This document shows positions 18,888-28,074 of a stretch of DNA of 64,000 bases, piece by piece. A program made the translations under genes and the position numbers. The stretch spans positions 1,016 to 65,015 of the forward strand of contig QEVM01000003.1 of assembly GCA_003576805.1 (NCBI GenBank), given 5' to 3'. Source of the DNA: Pseudomonadota bacterium. GTDB taxonomy: Bacteria; Myxococcota_A; UBA9160; PR03. Within the stretch, counting starts at the first letter, position 1; every line of letters begins with the position of its first letter. A model generated the notes under the pieces. That model was not told where the DNA came from and made no database searches. It saw nothing but the letters and a program-made list of their open reading frames with translations.

Positions 18888-19805
18888 TCAGCCAGCGACA
18901 CCCGTCTCGATCCGACGCGCGTTCGTCAGAGACTCCATCGCCGCCAGCAGCGACTCGCCGACTCGGCTGCCCAAACGGTGGTCCACGACCGCGTCGACGA
19001 GCTGCCAGAGAGCGCCGTACAGCGGAATCCGCCAGACGAGGTCGTCGGCGAGCGCCGCTTGCGCGTCGTAGCCCTCCAGCAGCAGCGAGAGCGACGTCGC
19101 ATCGGCACGATGCGCGAACCGTGCGATGTCCCAGACGGGGTCGCCGGCCACCGCATCGCCCCAATCGATCACGCCGGCCAACCGGTCGCCGGCGACGAGC
19201 ACGTGTCCCGCCTTCAGGTCGCCATGGCAGAGCGACCCGCTCTCGACCGCGGCGAGCGCCTGTCCGCGGGCGTCGAGCGCGCGCGCGAAGGCATCCGCGA
19301 CGGCGGCCGCGACCGCGTAGCTGCCAGCGAGAGCGCGGACGTCGCGGACGACGTCGTCCAGAAAGCCACGCCAGGAGCCGTGCCGCAGCGACAACCTGCC
19401 CTCGTCGTCCCACGAAGCATCCGACAAGCAGCCGAACCCAGGCAGCCGCACCTCGTGGAGCCGACGAAGGCGCACGCCTACCTCGCGCAGCAGGGGATGC
19501 GGCCACGCGAGCGGCGAGCCGTCGATCCGGTTCATGAGGAAGGCGCTCATGCCCGCGCAACTTCCCAAGCGCCCGAAGCCGAGCACCGCGGGAGCAAGAC
19601 ATCCGGCGCTCGAGCCCTGACCACACGCCCACGCCTCGCCACGTAGCGCGTCGTGCAGCGGCGACGCCTTGACCACGAGCCGATGCCCGCCGGCCTCCAC
19701 CTCGTAGACCGCGTTGGTCGCGAAGGCGGGCACGCGCTGAACGGCCGTGGCCTGGCAGCCGAGGTGCTCGCCGACGAATGCCGCGACCGCGGCCTCCGCG
19801 CTCAC
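18888..19805 (-). CDS. Aminoglycoside/choline-kinase-like phosphotransferase (APH family)
   Basis: 'LCHGDLKAGHVLV' catalytic loop and 'GVIDWGDAVAGDPVWDIA' (DxD-type) motif. GTG 19805 overlaps the upstream stop (GTGA). Confidence 0.8.
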   Translation of the reverse strand: MSAEAAVAAFVGEHLGCQATAVQRVPAFATNAVYEVEAGGHRLVVKASPLHDALRGEAWACGQGSSAGCLAPAVLGFGRLGSCAGMSAFLMNRIDGSPLAWPHPLLREVGVRLRRLHEVRLPGFGCLSDASWDDEGRLSLRHGSWRGFLDDVVRDVRALAGSYAVAAAVADAFARALDARGQALAAVESGSLCHGDLKAGHVLVAGDRLAGVIDWGDAVAGDPVWDIARFAHRADATSLSLLLEGYDAQAALADDLVWRIPLYGALWQLVDAVVDHRLGSRVGESLLAAMESLTNARRIETGVAG

Positions 19806-20125
19806 TCCTCGTTCCCGAGCGAGAGCCTGAACGAGACCCAGAAAATGTGGGCGGATTCGATGACCAACCAGATCACGCCGAGGAGATACACGCCGAAATC
19901 GCTCTCGGGGAAGAGACCCGCGGCGTTCGAAACCTGGAGACCGAAGAGCTGGAGACCGAAGAGCGCGATGGATGCCGCGACGGAGAACCAATAGTGGACA
20001 GGCTCGTCCATCGACGATCCTCCCGCCGCACGCCAGTTCAGCGCGACGAAGCCGATCAACGCCACGGCGAGCTGGGCGAGGACTTCCAGGATTCCCGGCC
20101 CTTCCAAGCCCGTCGTCATCTGCAT
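19802..20125 (-). CDS. Small (107 aa) 3-TM membrane protein, unknown function
   Basis: Three hydrophobic segments. Stop is coupled to the APH start. Contains a 15-bp in-frame tandem duplication. Lower GC than neighbours. Confidence 0.5.
   Translation of the reverse strand: MQMTTGLEGPGILEVLAQLAVALIGFVALNWRAAGGSSMDEPVHYWFSVAASIALFGLQLFGLQVSNAAGLFPESDFGVYLLGVIWLVIESAHIFWVSFRLSLGNEE
19934..19963 (-). repeat. Perfect 15-bp tandem duplication (CTGGAGACCGAAGAG x2) inside the small membrane-protein gene
   Basis: Read directly from the sequence. Encodes LFGLQ-LFGLQ on the minus strand. Confidence 0.9.
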
Positions 20126-20228
20126 CCCGCCGCCCGACGGGCTCGGCGATGAGCCGCGGCCCTACCTGAGAACCACGACGGCCGCCTCTGCATGCCGGTC
20201 GCGTGAAGCGTCTCGTTGGTTGCGCCCG

Positions 20229-21275
20229 TCAGCCGATCGCGCGCGCGACCACCCACTCCACGAGCGCAGCCCCGATCCAGGAGCCGAGCGGCAGCGCGAG
20301 GAACACGACGAATCGGACGAGCGTCCCGACGTCGAACGGCCATTCGTTGACGTGGGCGATCCGGCCTTCGAACGCGAGGAGGCCCCCGAGGCGCGTCGCG
20401 TCCTCCGCGGCCTCTGCGCCCCCGACGATCGCCGCGTTTCGCGCGCGCGCGATCGCAGCCCGCACGGCGCGCAGCTCGGCGTCCTTCGCGGCTCGGATCG
20501 CGCGATGCGCGCCGCGCACGGGCAGCAGGAGCGCGAGCGCTCCCACCGCGGCCACGATCGCCACCGTGACGAGGGTCACGGACACGGTCTGCTCGTCGCC
20601 GGCCATCGCGACGACCATCGATGCCGCGACCGCGAACGCGAGTGCGCCCCGCAGGCCGATGCGCGCCAGCGGTGCGAGGCCGCGCAGATCGAGGAGGTCG
20701 ATGCGCGCGGCCTCGGAAAGCCGCGACACACGCAGCGAGCTTCCGATCACCACCACGATGAGCCGGATCGCCAGCGTCCAAACCGCCACGTCACGGACGA
20801 AGCGCCAGAGCCGGTCTTCCAGCGCAGCGCTCCCCGGCGGAAGGATGGCGTTCACGACCGCGTTGATCGCGACACCCACTGCGACGCCTGCGGCGCTCGC
20901 GGCGAAGAGCACGGACGGCGAGAAGAGGCCGATGCCCGTGCGTTCGGCGGCCAGCTCGGATGGCTCGATGGCCAGAACGGGCGCGAGCGCATCGAGGTCG
21001 CGGCGCACGCTGCGCACGATCCAACTGCCGCACGCGAAGACGTAGCCGAGGACCAGGGCGAACACGATCTCGAGACGCCAGGGCGTCCGCCAGAACGGCA
21101 CACCGCCCACCTCGAGCCCGCGCCAGACCCCCGTCGCGTTGTGCCAGGCCGCGCAGAGCACGAGCACGATCCCAGTGACGGCGATCCACACGACGAGCAT
21201 GGGCAGCCGCGTCGCATCCGTCAGGCGATGCTCGAGCGGACGCACACGCACGTCCTCGGCAGCGATCGCGACCAC
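20229..21275 (-). CDS. Polytopic membrane protein, unknown function
   Basis: Multiple TM segments, GC3-biased frame. Start uncertain: GTG 21275 lies 5 nt after AAAGGGA; ATG 21200 and 21401 are alternatives. Confidence 0.5.
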   Translation of the reverse strand: MVAIAAEDVRVRPLEHRLTDATRLPMLVVWIAVTGIVLVLCAAWHNATGVWRGLEVGGVPFWRTPWRLEIVFALVLGYVFACGSWIVRSVRRDLDALAPVLAIEPSELAAERTGIGLFSPSVLFAASAAGVAVGVAINAVVNAILPPGSAALEDRLWRFVRDVAVWTLAIRLIVVVIGSSLRVSRLSEAARIDLLDLRGLAPLARIGLRGALAFAVAASMVVAMAGDEQTVSVTLVTVAIVAAVGALALLLPVRGAHRAIRAAKDAELRAVRAAIARARNAAIVGGAEAAEDATRLGGLLAFEGRIAHVNEWPFDVGTLVRFVVFLALPLGSWIGAALVEWVVARAIG

Positions 21276-21425
21276 CACGTCCCTTTCTCGCGCTCGGGGG
21301 GTGCGTCTGTGAGTCGGCCGCGCAACGGCTCGCGCATCCGCTGCGCGGCCCGACGCCGCGAGCGGCTCGAAGCCGCGAGACGCTACGCCGCCAGCCGGCA
21401 CGTCGCCACGAAGCGAGTGACGAAG

Positions 21426-22040
21426 CTACCTACGTGCGCGGCGCTCGCCGAGAGTCGACGCGAGGACGCGATGCGATGCCACTGCGAAAGCCGCTCCGAG
21501 CAGGAGAGAAGCGACGATCTGGCTGCTCCAATGGCCGCCCAGTACGACGCGAGCGCACGCGCCGACGAGTACGAGAACGATTGCGAGCACCGATATCGCT
21601 GCCGACACGTTGCTCCGCGTGGAGACCAAACAGGCCGCCGCGCCGAACAGCGCGCCGTAGACCAGGCCGAATGTGGAAGGCAGCCCGGACGAGCTGCTGG
21701 GCGATGCAATTGCCACGAGCTCCGCCGTCGGCCGCGGCGCGAACAGGACCGCTCGAAGCAACGCATCGAGAGCCTGCGCGAGCAACAATGCCAATGCGGG
21801 CCCGATCGCGCTCCACCAGCCCTTTCGCAGGTACTCGAGTGCGACGGCGACGGCGAGAGTCGCCCAGAGCCAAGGGGGCTTCGCCGTATCGGTCACGACC
21901 TGCGCCCACGCTGGAGTCGCACCGAGAGCCGATTGAAGTGCGCGTGCAATCGATACGTCTCCCGGAACTGGCCCTTGAGCGATCAAGCAAACGCCCCCCA
22001 ATAGAACGCCTGCGATCGCACACGCCGCAGCCCGCGCCAT
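21426..22040 (-). CDS. PAP2-superfamily (type 2 phosphatidic acid phosphatase-like) membrane phosphatase
   Basis: 'SGLPSTFG' (PSGH-like) and 'ARVVLGGHWSSQIVASLLLG' (SRxxxxxHxxxD-like) motifs between TMs. ATG 22040 follows GGAGAATTGG. The long upstream extension of the ORF was rejected. Confidence 0.7.
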   Translation of the reverse strand: MARAAACAIAGVLLGGVCLIAQGPVPGDVSIARALQSALGATPAWAQVVTDTAKPPWLWATLAVAVALEYLRKGWWSAIGPALALLLAQALDALLRAVLFAPRPTAELVAIASPSSSSGLPSTFGLVYGALFGAAACLVSTRSNVSAAISVLAIVLVLVGACARVVLGGHWSSQIVASLLLGAAFAVASHRVLASTLGERRARR

Positions 22041-22152
22041 CCAATTCTCCGCACTGACGCCGCCTGCGCCGCCCCAACGGCGATCGAGCTGGCAAACGAC
22101 GCAGCCTATGACGCGCACCGGAGTGTCGCAAACGTTGCAGTGGTGATCGGAC

Positions 22153-22170
22153 GTCCGGTTCGAACCGGAC
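22153..22170. promoter_or_regulatory. Perfect 18-bp palindrome GTCCGGTTCGAACCGGAC in the divergent intergenic region
   Basis: Read directly. Lies in the 462-bp gap between the PAP2 gene (minus strand) and the 1550-aa protein gene (plus strand). Confidence 0.4.
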
Positions 22171-22502
22171 ATCGGGGCATTCGCGCTCGCGTCGCTCGAC
22201 GCAACGCACTCTGCGAGTCGACCGTCCCGTTGCACCTCGCGCCGCGTGCGCCCGACGTCGACCAAGTGCCTTGATGACACCGCGCGCGCCACCATCTCCG
22301 CGTCGCGGCCTTCACGGCGACCGCGGCCGCCGCGCGAACCGGCGCCGCCGGCGACGTCCGCGTCGCCGCGCTGACACCGCGCGGGCCCGGGACGACGAGC
22401 GCCCTCCTCGGCCGCGAGATGCAGCAGAAACCCGATGACAGCGCGGGCTCCGAGCGGCCACAATGGAGCGGGCGGGTTTGAGGCTGGGCGAGGGGAAGCC
22501 TC

Positions 22503-25500
22503 ATGCTCGCGACGGTGCGCGCGCTCGTTTCGCTGGTCACCGCCATCGTCCTCGGCGCGTCCGCGCCGGCCCTCGCGCAGCTCGCGCCCGAGGAGGGGCC
22601 CGGCGGCCCGGTGCTGGTCGTCGTGGACGGCGCCGATCCCTTCGGCTTCTTCTACGCCGAGATCCTGCGGACCGAGGGGCTCAACGCCTTCGCGGTCGCC
22701 GACGTGTCGGCGCTCTCGCAGCCGCTGCTCGACGCACACGAGGTCGTGTTGCTGGCGCAGGCGTCGCTGTCCGCGCCGCAGGTGCAGCTCCTCACCGACT
22801 TCGTCGTGGCCGGCGGCAAGCTCGTCGCGATGCGGCCGGATCCGCAGCTCGCGGGACTGCTCGGGCTCGGCGCCGTGTCGGGCACGCTGGCCGACGGATA
22901 CCTGCTGGTGGACGACGCCACCGCAGCGGGCCAGGGGATCGTCGCCGAGACGATGCAGTTCCACGACGTGGCGGATCTGTGGACGACGGCGGGCGCGAGC
23001 GCGATCGCGCAGCTCTACGACGACGCGACGACGCCCACGAGCTCACCCGCCGTGACGCTGAACGCGGTCGGCATGAACGGCGGCATGGCGGCGGCCTTCA
23101 CCTACGACCTCGCGCGCTCGGTCGCGTGGACGCGGCAGGGCAATCCGGCGTGGGCGGGCCTCGAGCGCGACGGGCAGGGCGCGATCCGGCCCTGGGAGCT
23201 GCACTTCAGCATCGGCGCGAGCGCGGGGCAGCCGCACTACGTCGACGTCGCCAAGATCCACATCCCGCAGGCCGACGAGCAGCAGCGCCTGCTCGCGAAC
23301 CTGATCGTCACGATGAGCGCGCTGCCGATGCCGCGCTTCTGGTACTTCCCGAGCGATCACGCCGCCGCCGTCGTGATGACGGGCGACCAGCACGGCTGCT
23401 GTCAGTCGAGCGTCGATCGCCTGACGACGTATCTCTCGTTCGATCCGCCCGGCTGCTCGGTCGAGGACTGGGAGTGCGTGCGCAGCACGTCGTACGTGTA
23501 TCCGGGTCCCGGACTCAGCGACGCCGAGGCGGTCGCGTGGGACGCGCTCGGCTTCGAGCTCGCCCTCCACGCCAACACGGGTTGCGGCAACTGGAGTCCC
23601 GCGTCGCTCGCCGCCGCCTACTCGAGCCAGCTCGCGGGCTTCGCCGCGCAGTTCCCTAGCCTCCCTGCGCCGGCGACGCATCGCCTGCACTGCGTGGTGT
23701 GGAGCGACTGGGCGACGCAGCCCGCCGTCGAGCTCGCGCACGGGATCCGCCTCGACACGACCTACTACTATCCCGGCGCCAGCGGCGGCTCGGTTCCCGG
23801 CAGCCCGCCCGGCCCGTTCACCGGCTCCGGCATGCCGATGCGCTACGTCGAGCTCGACGGCTCGATGATCGACGTCTACCAGGCCGTCACGCAGATGACG
23901 GACGAGTCCGGGCAGTCGTATCCGTTCACCGTCGACACGCTGCTGAATCGCGCGACCGGACCCGAGGAATTCTACGGCGCCTTCACGGTCAACATGCACC
24001 AGGACAATCCCGTCTCGAGCGGCGCGCTCGCGATCGTGCAGTCGGCGCAGGCGCGCGGCGTGCCGATCGTGTCGGCGCGCCAGATGCTGACGTGGCTCGA
24101 CGCGCGCAACGCGTCCGCCTTCACCGGCATCGCCTGGAACGGCAGCGAGCTCGCCTTCGCCGTCGACGCGGCGGCCGACGCGCGCAACCTGCGCGGCATG
24201 CTGCCGTTCGCGGCGGGCGGCGGGCAGCTCACGGCGCTCACGCGCGGCGGCGCGCCGGTCGCGTTCCAGCGCCGCACGATCAAGGGCATCGAGTACGCGG
24301 TCTTCGACGCGAGCGACGGCAACTACGCGGCGTCGTACGAGCCGGACACGACGCCGCCCGCGATCAGCGGGCTCGCCGCGGTCGCGCACCCCGACGCGAC
24401 GGCGCAGGTCACGTGGCAGACGGACGAGTCGGCGGACTCGCTCGTGCAGTACGGAACGGCCCCGGACGCGCTGGTCGAGACCGCAGCGGCGTCGGCGTTC
24501 GTGACGTCGCACGCGATCACGCTCTCGGCCCTCGCGCCCAACACGACGTACTACTACCGCGTGACGTCGAGCGACACGGCCGACAACGCGGCGACCGCGC
24601 CGCCGGTCGGCGACGCGCCCGCGAGCTTCACGACGCCGGGGCTCGTCTGCATCGAAGACGCCACCGACGCGGAGCTCGCCGGCGGCGCGGGAATGGCCGG
24701 GGTCCACGTCGCGCGCAGCGGCGACGGCGAGCTGCTGCTCGCGCCCGCCGCGGCGGCGGAGCTGGAAGGCGACACGCTGCCCGACGGCTGGGAGACGGCG
24801 ATCTACCCCGGCGGCAGCGGCGCGACGCTCGGCGGCGGCCGCATCGCGCTCGACGGCGCTCGACTCAACACCGTGTCGCTCTTCGAGGCGGGCCGTTCGC
24901 TCGAGTTCGTGGCGACGTTCGCGGCCTCCGCGAACCAGCACGCGGGCTTCGCCATCACGCTGCAAGAGGTGGGCTGGGCGATCTTCAGCACCGCGGGCGC
25001 GGGCACGTCGCTCCGGGCGCGCACGCACACCGGCGCGTCGGCGATCGACACGGACCTCGGCGGCGCCTGGCTCGGCGCGCCGCACCGCTACCGCATCGAC
25101 TGGAGCGAGAGCTCGGTCGACTTCTACATCGACGGCACGCTGGTCGCGACGCACGCGGCCGCGATTCCGCTCGAGCTGCGTCCGATCGCGGGCGACAGCG
25201 CCGGCGCGCCGGGCGGCTACACCGTCGACTGGATGCGCATGACGCCCTACGCCGACGCGGGCACGCTGCTCTCGCGCGTGATCGACCTGGGCGCCATCGC
25301 GGCCTGGGACGCGGTCTCGTGGGACGCGACGACGCCGGCCGGCACCTCGCTCGGCGTCCGCGTGCGCACGGGTGACACGCCGGCGCCCGACGCGAGCTGG
25401 ACGTCGTTCACGCCGATCGCCGGCTCGGGCGGCCCGCTGGGCGGCAGCTCCCGCTACTTGCAGTACGCGGTCGATCTCGGCAGCACGGACCCGGACGCGA

Positions 25501-27155
25501 CGCCCGAGCTCGACGCGCTGCGCGTCACCTGCGATCTCGGGCCCGACGGCTTCCCGCCCGCGATCACGGCGCTCGCCGCCGCGCCGGGTCCCGACGGCAC
25601 GACCGCGCAGATCACGTGGACGACGGACGAGCCCGCCGACTCGCACGTCGACTACGGCACGAGCCCCGACGCGCTGACGGCGAGCGCTGGCGACTCCGCG
25701 CTGGTGACCGACCACGGTGTCGGGCTGTCCGAGCTCGTGCCCGGCACCACCTACTACTACCGCGCGACGTCGGCGGATGCGGCGTCGAACGCCGCCTCCG
25801 CGCCGGCCGGTCCTCCGGCCAGCTTCGTGGCGAACGCCGCGCCGGCGCAGTGCGGAGCGGACGACGCGATCGCCGACTTCGCGGCGGGCGCGCACGCGGG
25901 CACGCACGCCGCCGCGACGGCGGGCGGCGAGGTGATCCTCGCCCCGACCGAAGCGGCCGAGTTCGAGACGCCGGGCCTGCCGCCCGGATGGCAGGCGTGG
26001 GAGGGCACGTCGGGCGCGGGGACGTTCACGATCGCGAACGGGAGCGTCGTGCTCGACGCGGGCCAGGTGCGCACCGACGCGCTCTACGGCCCGGGCCGCA
26101 CGCTCGAGGCGGTCGCGACCTTCGGCGCGACCAACAACCACCACGTGGGCTTCGGCCTCGACCTCGCCTTCACGGCGCGCTGGGCGATCTTCAGCACCCG
26201 CAACTCGACGACCAACCTGTTCGCGCGCACGCACGACGGCAGCGCGGTGTCGGACGTGGACCTCGGCGCCGGCTTCCTCGGCGCGCCGCACCGCTACCGC
26301 ATCGACTGGAAGGCCGCGAGCGTCGACTTCTTCATCGACGGCGCGCTCGTGCACAGCCAGCCGGTCGCGATCGCGGGCGACATGCGTCCGATCGCGAGCG
26401 ACAGCCTGGGCGGCGCCACGCTGAGCGTCGACTGGCTGCGCATGACGCCGTACGCAGGCAGCGGGACGTTCGAGTCGCGCGTGTTCGACGCCGGCGCGCG
26501 CGCGGACTGGCTCGACGTCGCGTGGAGCGCCGACGAGCCGGTCGGCGCGAGCGTCGCGCTCTGGGCGCGCACCGGGGAGACCGCGGCGCCCGACGCCTCG
26601 TGGAGCGACTGGACGTTCGTGCCCGCCTCGGGGCAGTCGCTCGGCGCGACGGCGCGCTACGCACAGGTCCGCGCGGACCTCGCGACGTCGGACGCACTGA
26701 CGACGACGCCCGCGCTCGCGGACGTGACGCTCCAGTGCACCCTCCGGCCGGCGTGCAGCAACGGCCTCGACGACGACGGCGACGGGCTGGTGGACGCCGG
26801 CGTCGATCCGGGCTGCACCGGCGAGAGCGACCCCAGCGAGACGTCGGTGTGCAGCGACGGCGTCGACAACGACGGCGATGGGCTCGTCGACTTCCCCGCC
26901 GACCCCGGCTGCCTCGACGCGCACGCCGCGCTCGAGAACCCGCGCTGCGACGACGACCTCGACAACGACGGCGACGGCTTCATCGACTGGGACGGCGGTG
27001 CGGGCGGCGGCACGCCGGATCCGCACTGCCAGGGCGTCGGCTCGCGCAAGCGCGAGAATCCGCAGACGTGCGGGCTTGGAGCGGAGCTCGCGCTGCTGCT
27101 GCCGCTCTTCGCGCTCGGTGCGCGGCGCGCGCGGCGGAGGAGCGTCGCCGCGTAG
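22503..27155 (+). CDS. 1550-aa secreted multidomain protein: N-terminal unknown region, 2 x (FN3-like + ConA/GH16-like jelly roll + beta-sandwich), 3 Cys-bounded DxDxDGDG repeats, C-terminal TM/Arg anchor
   Basis: Signal peptide ...GASAPALA/QL. FN3-like 'VTWQTDESADSLVQYG...TTYYYRVTSSD'. 'HRYRIDW..SVDFYIDG' jelly-roll signature occurs twice. 'CSDGVDNDGDGLVDFPADPGC' repeats. Tail 'TCGLGAELALLLPLFALGARRARRR'. Confidence 0.8.
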   Translation: MLATVRALVSLVTAIVLGASAPALAQLAPEEGPGGPVLVVVDGADPFGFFYAEILRTEGLNAFAVADVSALSQPLLDAHEVVLLAQASLSAPQVQLLTDFVVAGGKLVAMRPDPQLAGLLGLGAVSGTLADGYLLVDDATAAGQGIVAETMQFHDVADLWTTAGASAIAQLYDDATTPTSSPAVTLNAVGMNGGMAAAFTYDLARSVAWTRQGNPAWAGLERDGQGAIRPWELHFSIGASAGQPHYVDVAKIHIPQADEQQRLLANLIVTMSALPMPRFWYFPSDHAAAVVMTGDQHGCCQSSVDRLTTYLSFDPPGCSVEDWECVRSTSYVYPGPGLSDAEAVAWDALGFELALHANTGCGNWSPASLAAAYSSQLAGFAAQFPSLPAPATHRLHCVVWSDWATQPAVELAHGIRLDTTYYYPGASGGSVPGSPPGPFTGSGMPMRYVELDGSMIDVYQAVTQMTDESGQSYPFTVDTLLNRATGPEEFYGAFTVNMHQDNPVSSGALAIVQSAQARGVPIVSARQMLTWLDARNASAFTGIAWNGSELAFAVDAAADARNLRGMLPFAAGGGQLTALTRGGAPVAFQRRTIKGIEYAVFDASDGNYAASYEPDTTPPAISGLAAVAHPDATAQVTWQTDESADSLVQYGTAPDALVETAAASAFVTSHAITLSALAPNTTYYYRVTSSDTADNAATAPPVGDAPASFTTPGLVCIEDATDAELAGGAGMAGVHVARSGDGELLLAPAAAAELEGDTLPDGWETAIYPGGSGATLGGGRIALDGARLNTVSLFEAGRSLEFVATFAASANQHAGFAITLQEVGWAIFSTAGAGTSLRARTHTGASAIDTDLGGAWLGAPHRYRIDWSESSVDFYIDGTLVATHAAAIPLELRPIAGDSAGAPGGYTVDWMRMTPYADAGTLLSRVIDLGAIAAWDAVSWDATTPAGTSLGVRVRTGDTPAPDASWTSFTPIAGSGGPLGGSSRYLQYAVDLGSTDPDATPELDALRVTCDLGPDGFPPAITALAAAPGPDGTTAQITWTTDEPADSHVDYGTSPDALTASAGDSALVTDHGVGLSELVPGTTYYYRATSADAASNAASAPAGPPASFVANAAPAQCGADDAIADFAAGAHAGTHAAATAGGEVILAPTEAAEFETPGLPPGWQAWEGTSGAGTFTIANGSVVLDAGQVRTDALYGPGRTLEAVATFGATNNHHVGFGLDLAFTARWAIFSTRNSTTNLFARTHDGSAVSDVDLGAGFLGAPHRYRIDWKAASVDFFIDGALVHSQPVAIAGDMRPIASDSLGGATLSVDWLRMTPYAGSGTFESRVFDAGARADWLDVAWSADEPVGASVALWARTGETAAPDASWSDWTFVPASGQSLGATARYAQVRADLATSDALTTTPALADVTLQCTLRPACSNGLDDDGDGLVDAGVDPGCTGESDPSETSVCSDGVDNDGDGLVDFPADPGCLDAHAALENPRCDDDLDNDGDGFIDWDGGAGGGTPDPHCQGVGSRKRENPQTCGLGAELALLLPLFALGARRARRRSVAA
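24348..25544 (+). repeat. Internal duplication unit 1 (about 400 codons) of the 1550-aa protein gene
   Basis: Residues ~616-1014 align with ~1015-1413. Shares a 34-nt identical core (25071-25104 = 26277-26310). Confidence 0.8.
25545..26741 (+). repeat. Internal duplication unit 2 of the 1550-aa protein gene
   Basis: Same domain order and motifs as unit 1, offset by 1206 nt (402 codons). Confidence 0.8.
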
Positions 27156-27165
27156 CCCGCGCGCG

Positions 27166-28011
27166 TCACGGAATCCCGTGCAGACCCCAGGGCGGGTTCG
27201 CGTTGATCACGCGGTCCTGCTCGCAGGTGGCGGTGAAGCTCGCGAACTCGTAGTCGGGGTGCGTCGCGAAGACTTCGTAGACGCCGACCGGGACGTTCGC
27301 CACGAGCACGCCGCCGTCGCCGGAGGTCAGCTCCTGGTCGATGTCGGGGAACACGGCGTCGTTGAAGTAGATGGGCTCGGGCAGCGGCGGCTCGCCGTAC
27401 ACGGCGGCGCCCGCGACGCCGTGCGGCGCGAAGTGGATGAACTCGTCGAAGGTCATCCCGACGACGGCGGGATCGCTGACCGTCGACACGATCACGCAGC
27501 CGTCCTCGAACGGCGGACGCCCGATGTACGACTGGATCAGCAGGTAGAGCAGGTTGTAGACCGACTCTTCGGGCGTCTGGAAGTTGACCTGCTCGATGTC
27601 GGCGGCGCCGGTGCGGAAGGTCTGCAGGTAGATCGTGTGGTGGCCCTCGGCGACGATGTACGGCGTCACGTCGCGTCCGATCGGCACCTCGAGCTGCCAC
27701 GCGCCGTTCGCGTCGGTGACGGCGAACCGCTCGGGCAGCTCGTCGACGTGGATCTCGGCGCCGGCGATGCCGCGGCGCGTGTTGAACGTGTAGGCGGTGC
27801 CGCTCATGCGGATCGTCGTCGGCGGCCGGCACGCGTGGTCCGGTACGCCGAGCGCGCGGCCGTTCGGCGCCGGCCGCCCGCGATCCGGGCACGCCCCGTC
27901 GCGCCCGCGTCCCGCCGCGGCATCGCCGGCCGCGAGCGCCGTCGCCGCGATCACCGCTGCTCCCAGCAGCCCCGTCCACATCCGAGCCCGCATCCGCATC
28001 CGCATCGACAT
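27166..28011 (-). CDS. Secreted hypothetical protein (possible carboxypeptidase-regulatory-like beta-sandwich domains)
   Basis: N-terminus MSMRMRMRARMWTGLLGAAVIAATALAAG is signal-like. 'VTDANGAWQLEVP' and 'ANVPVGVYEV' resemble CarboxypepD_reg strands. Domain call unverified. Confidence 0.55.
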   Translation of the reverse strand: MSMRMRMRARMWTGLLGAAVIAATALAAGDAAAGRGRDGACPDRGRPAPNGRALGVPDHACRPPTTIRMSGTAYTFNTRRGIAGAEIHVDELPERFAVTDANGAWQLEVPIGRDVTPYIVAEGHHTIYLQTFRTGAADIEQVNFQTPEESVYNLLYLLIQSYIGRPPFEDGCVIVSTVSDPAVVGMTFDEFIHFAPHGVAGAAVYGEPPLPEPIYFNDAVFPDIDQELTSGDGGVLVANVPVGVYEVFATHPDYEFASFTATCEQDRVINANPPWGLHGIP

Positions 28012-28074
28012 GACGACTCCCTTCTCTCGTGCGTGGGTGGCGAAGGCTACCGGCGTCGCCGCGCGCGCGCAGCG

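Noticed and set aside
16610-19537. 975-aa plus-strand ORF
   Set aside because: It is an Arg-rich off-frame shadow of the SBBP-repeat gene and antisense to the APH-like gene.
23043-27026. 1327-aa minus-strand ORF and the parallel +2/+3 frame ORFs over the giant gene
   Set aside because: These are antisense or off-frame to the 1550-aa protein gene. That gene has a signal peptide, recognisable domains and an internal duplication; the shadow ORFs have none of these.
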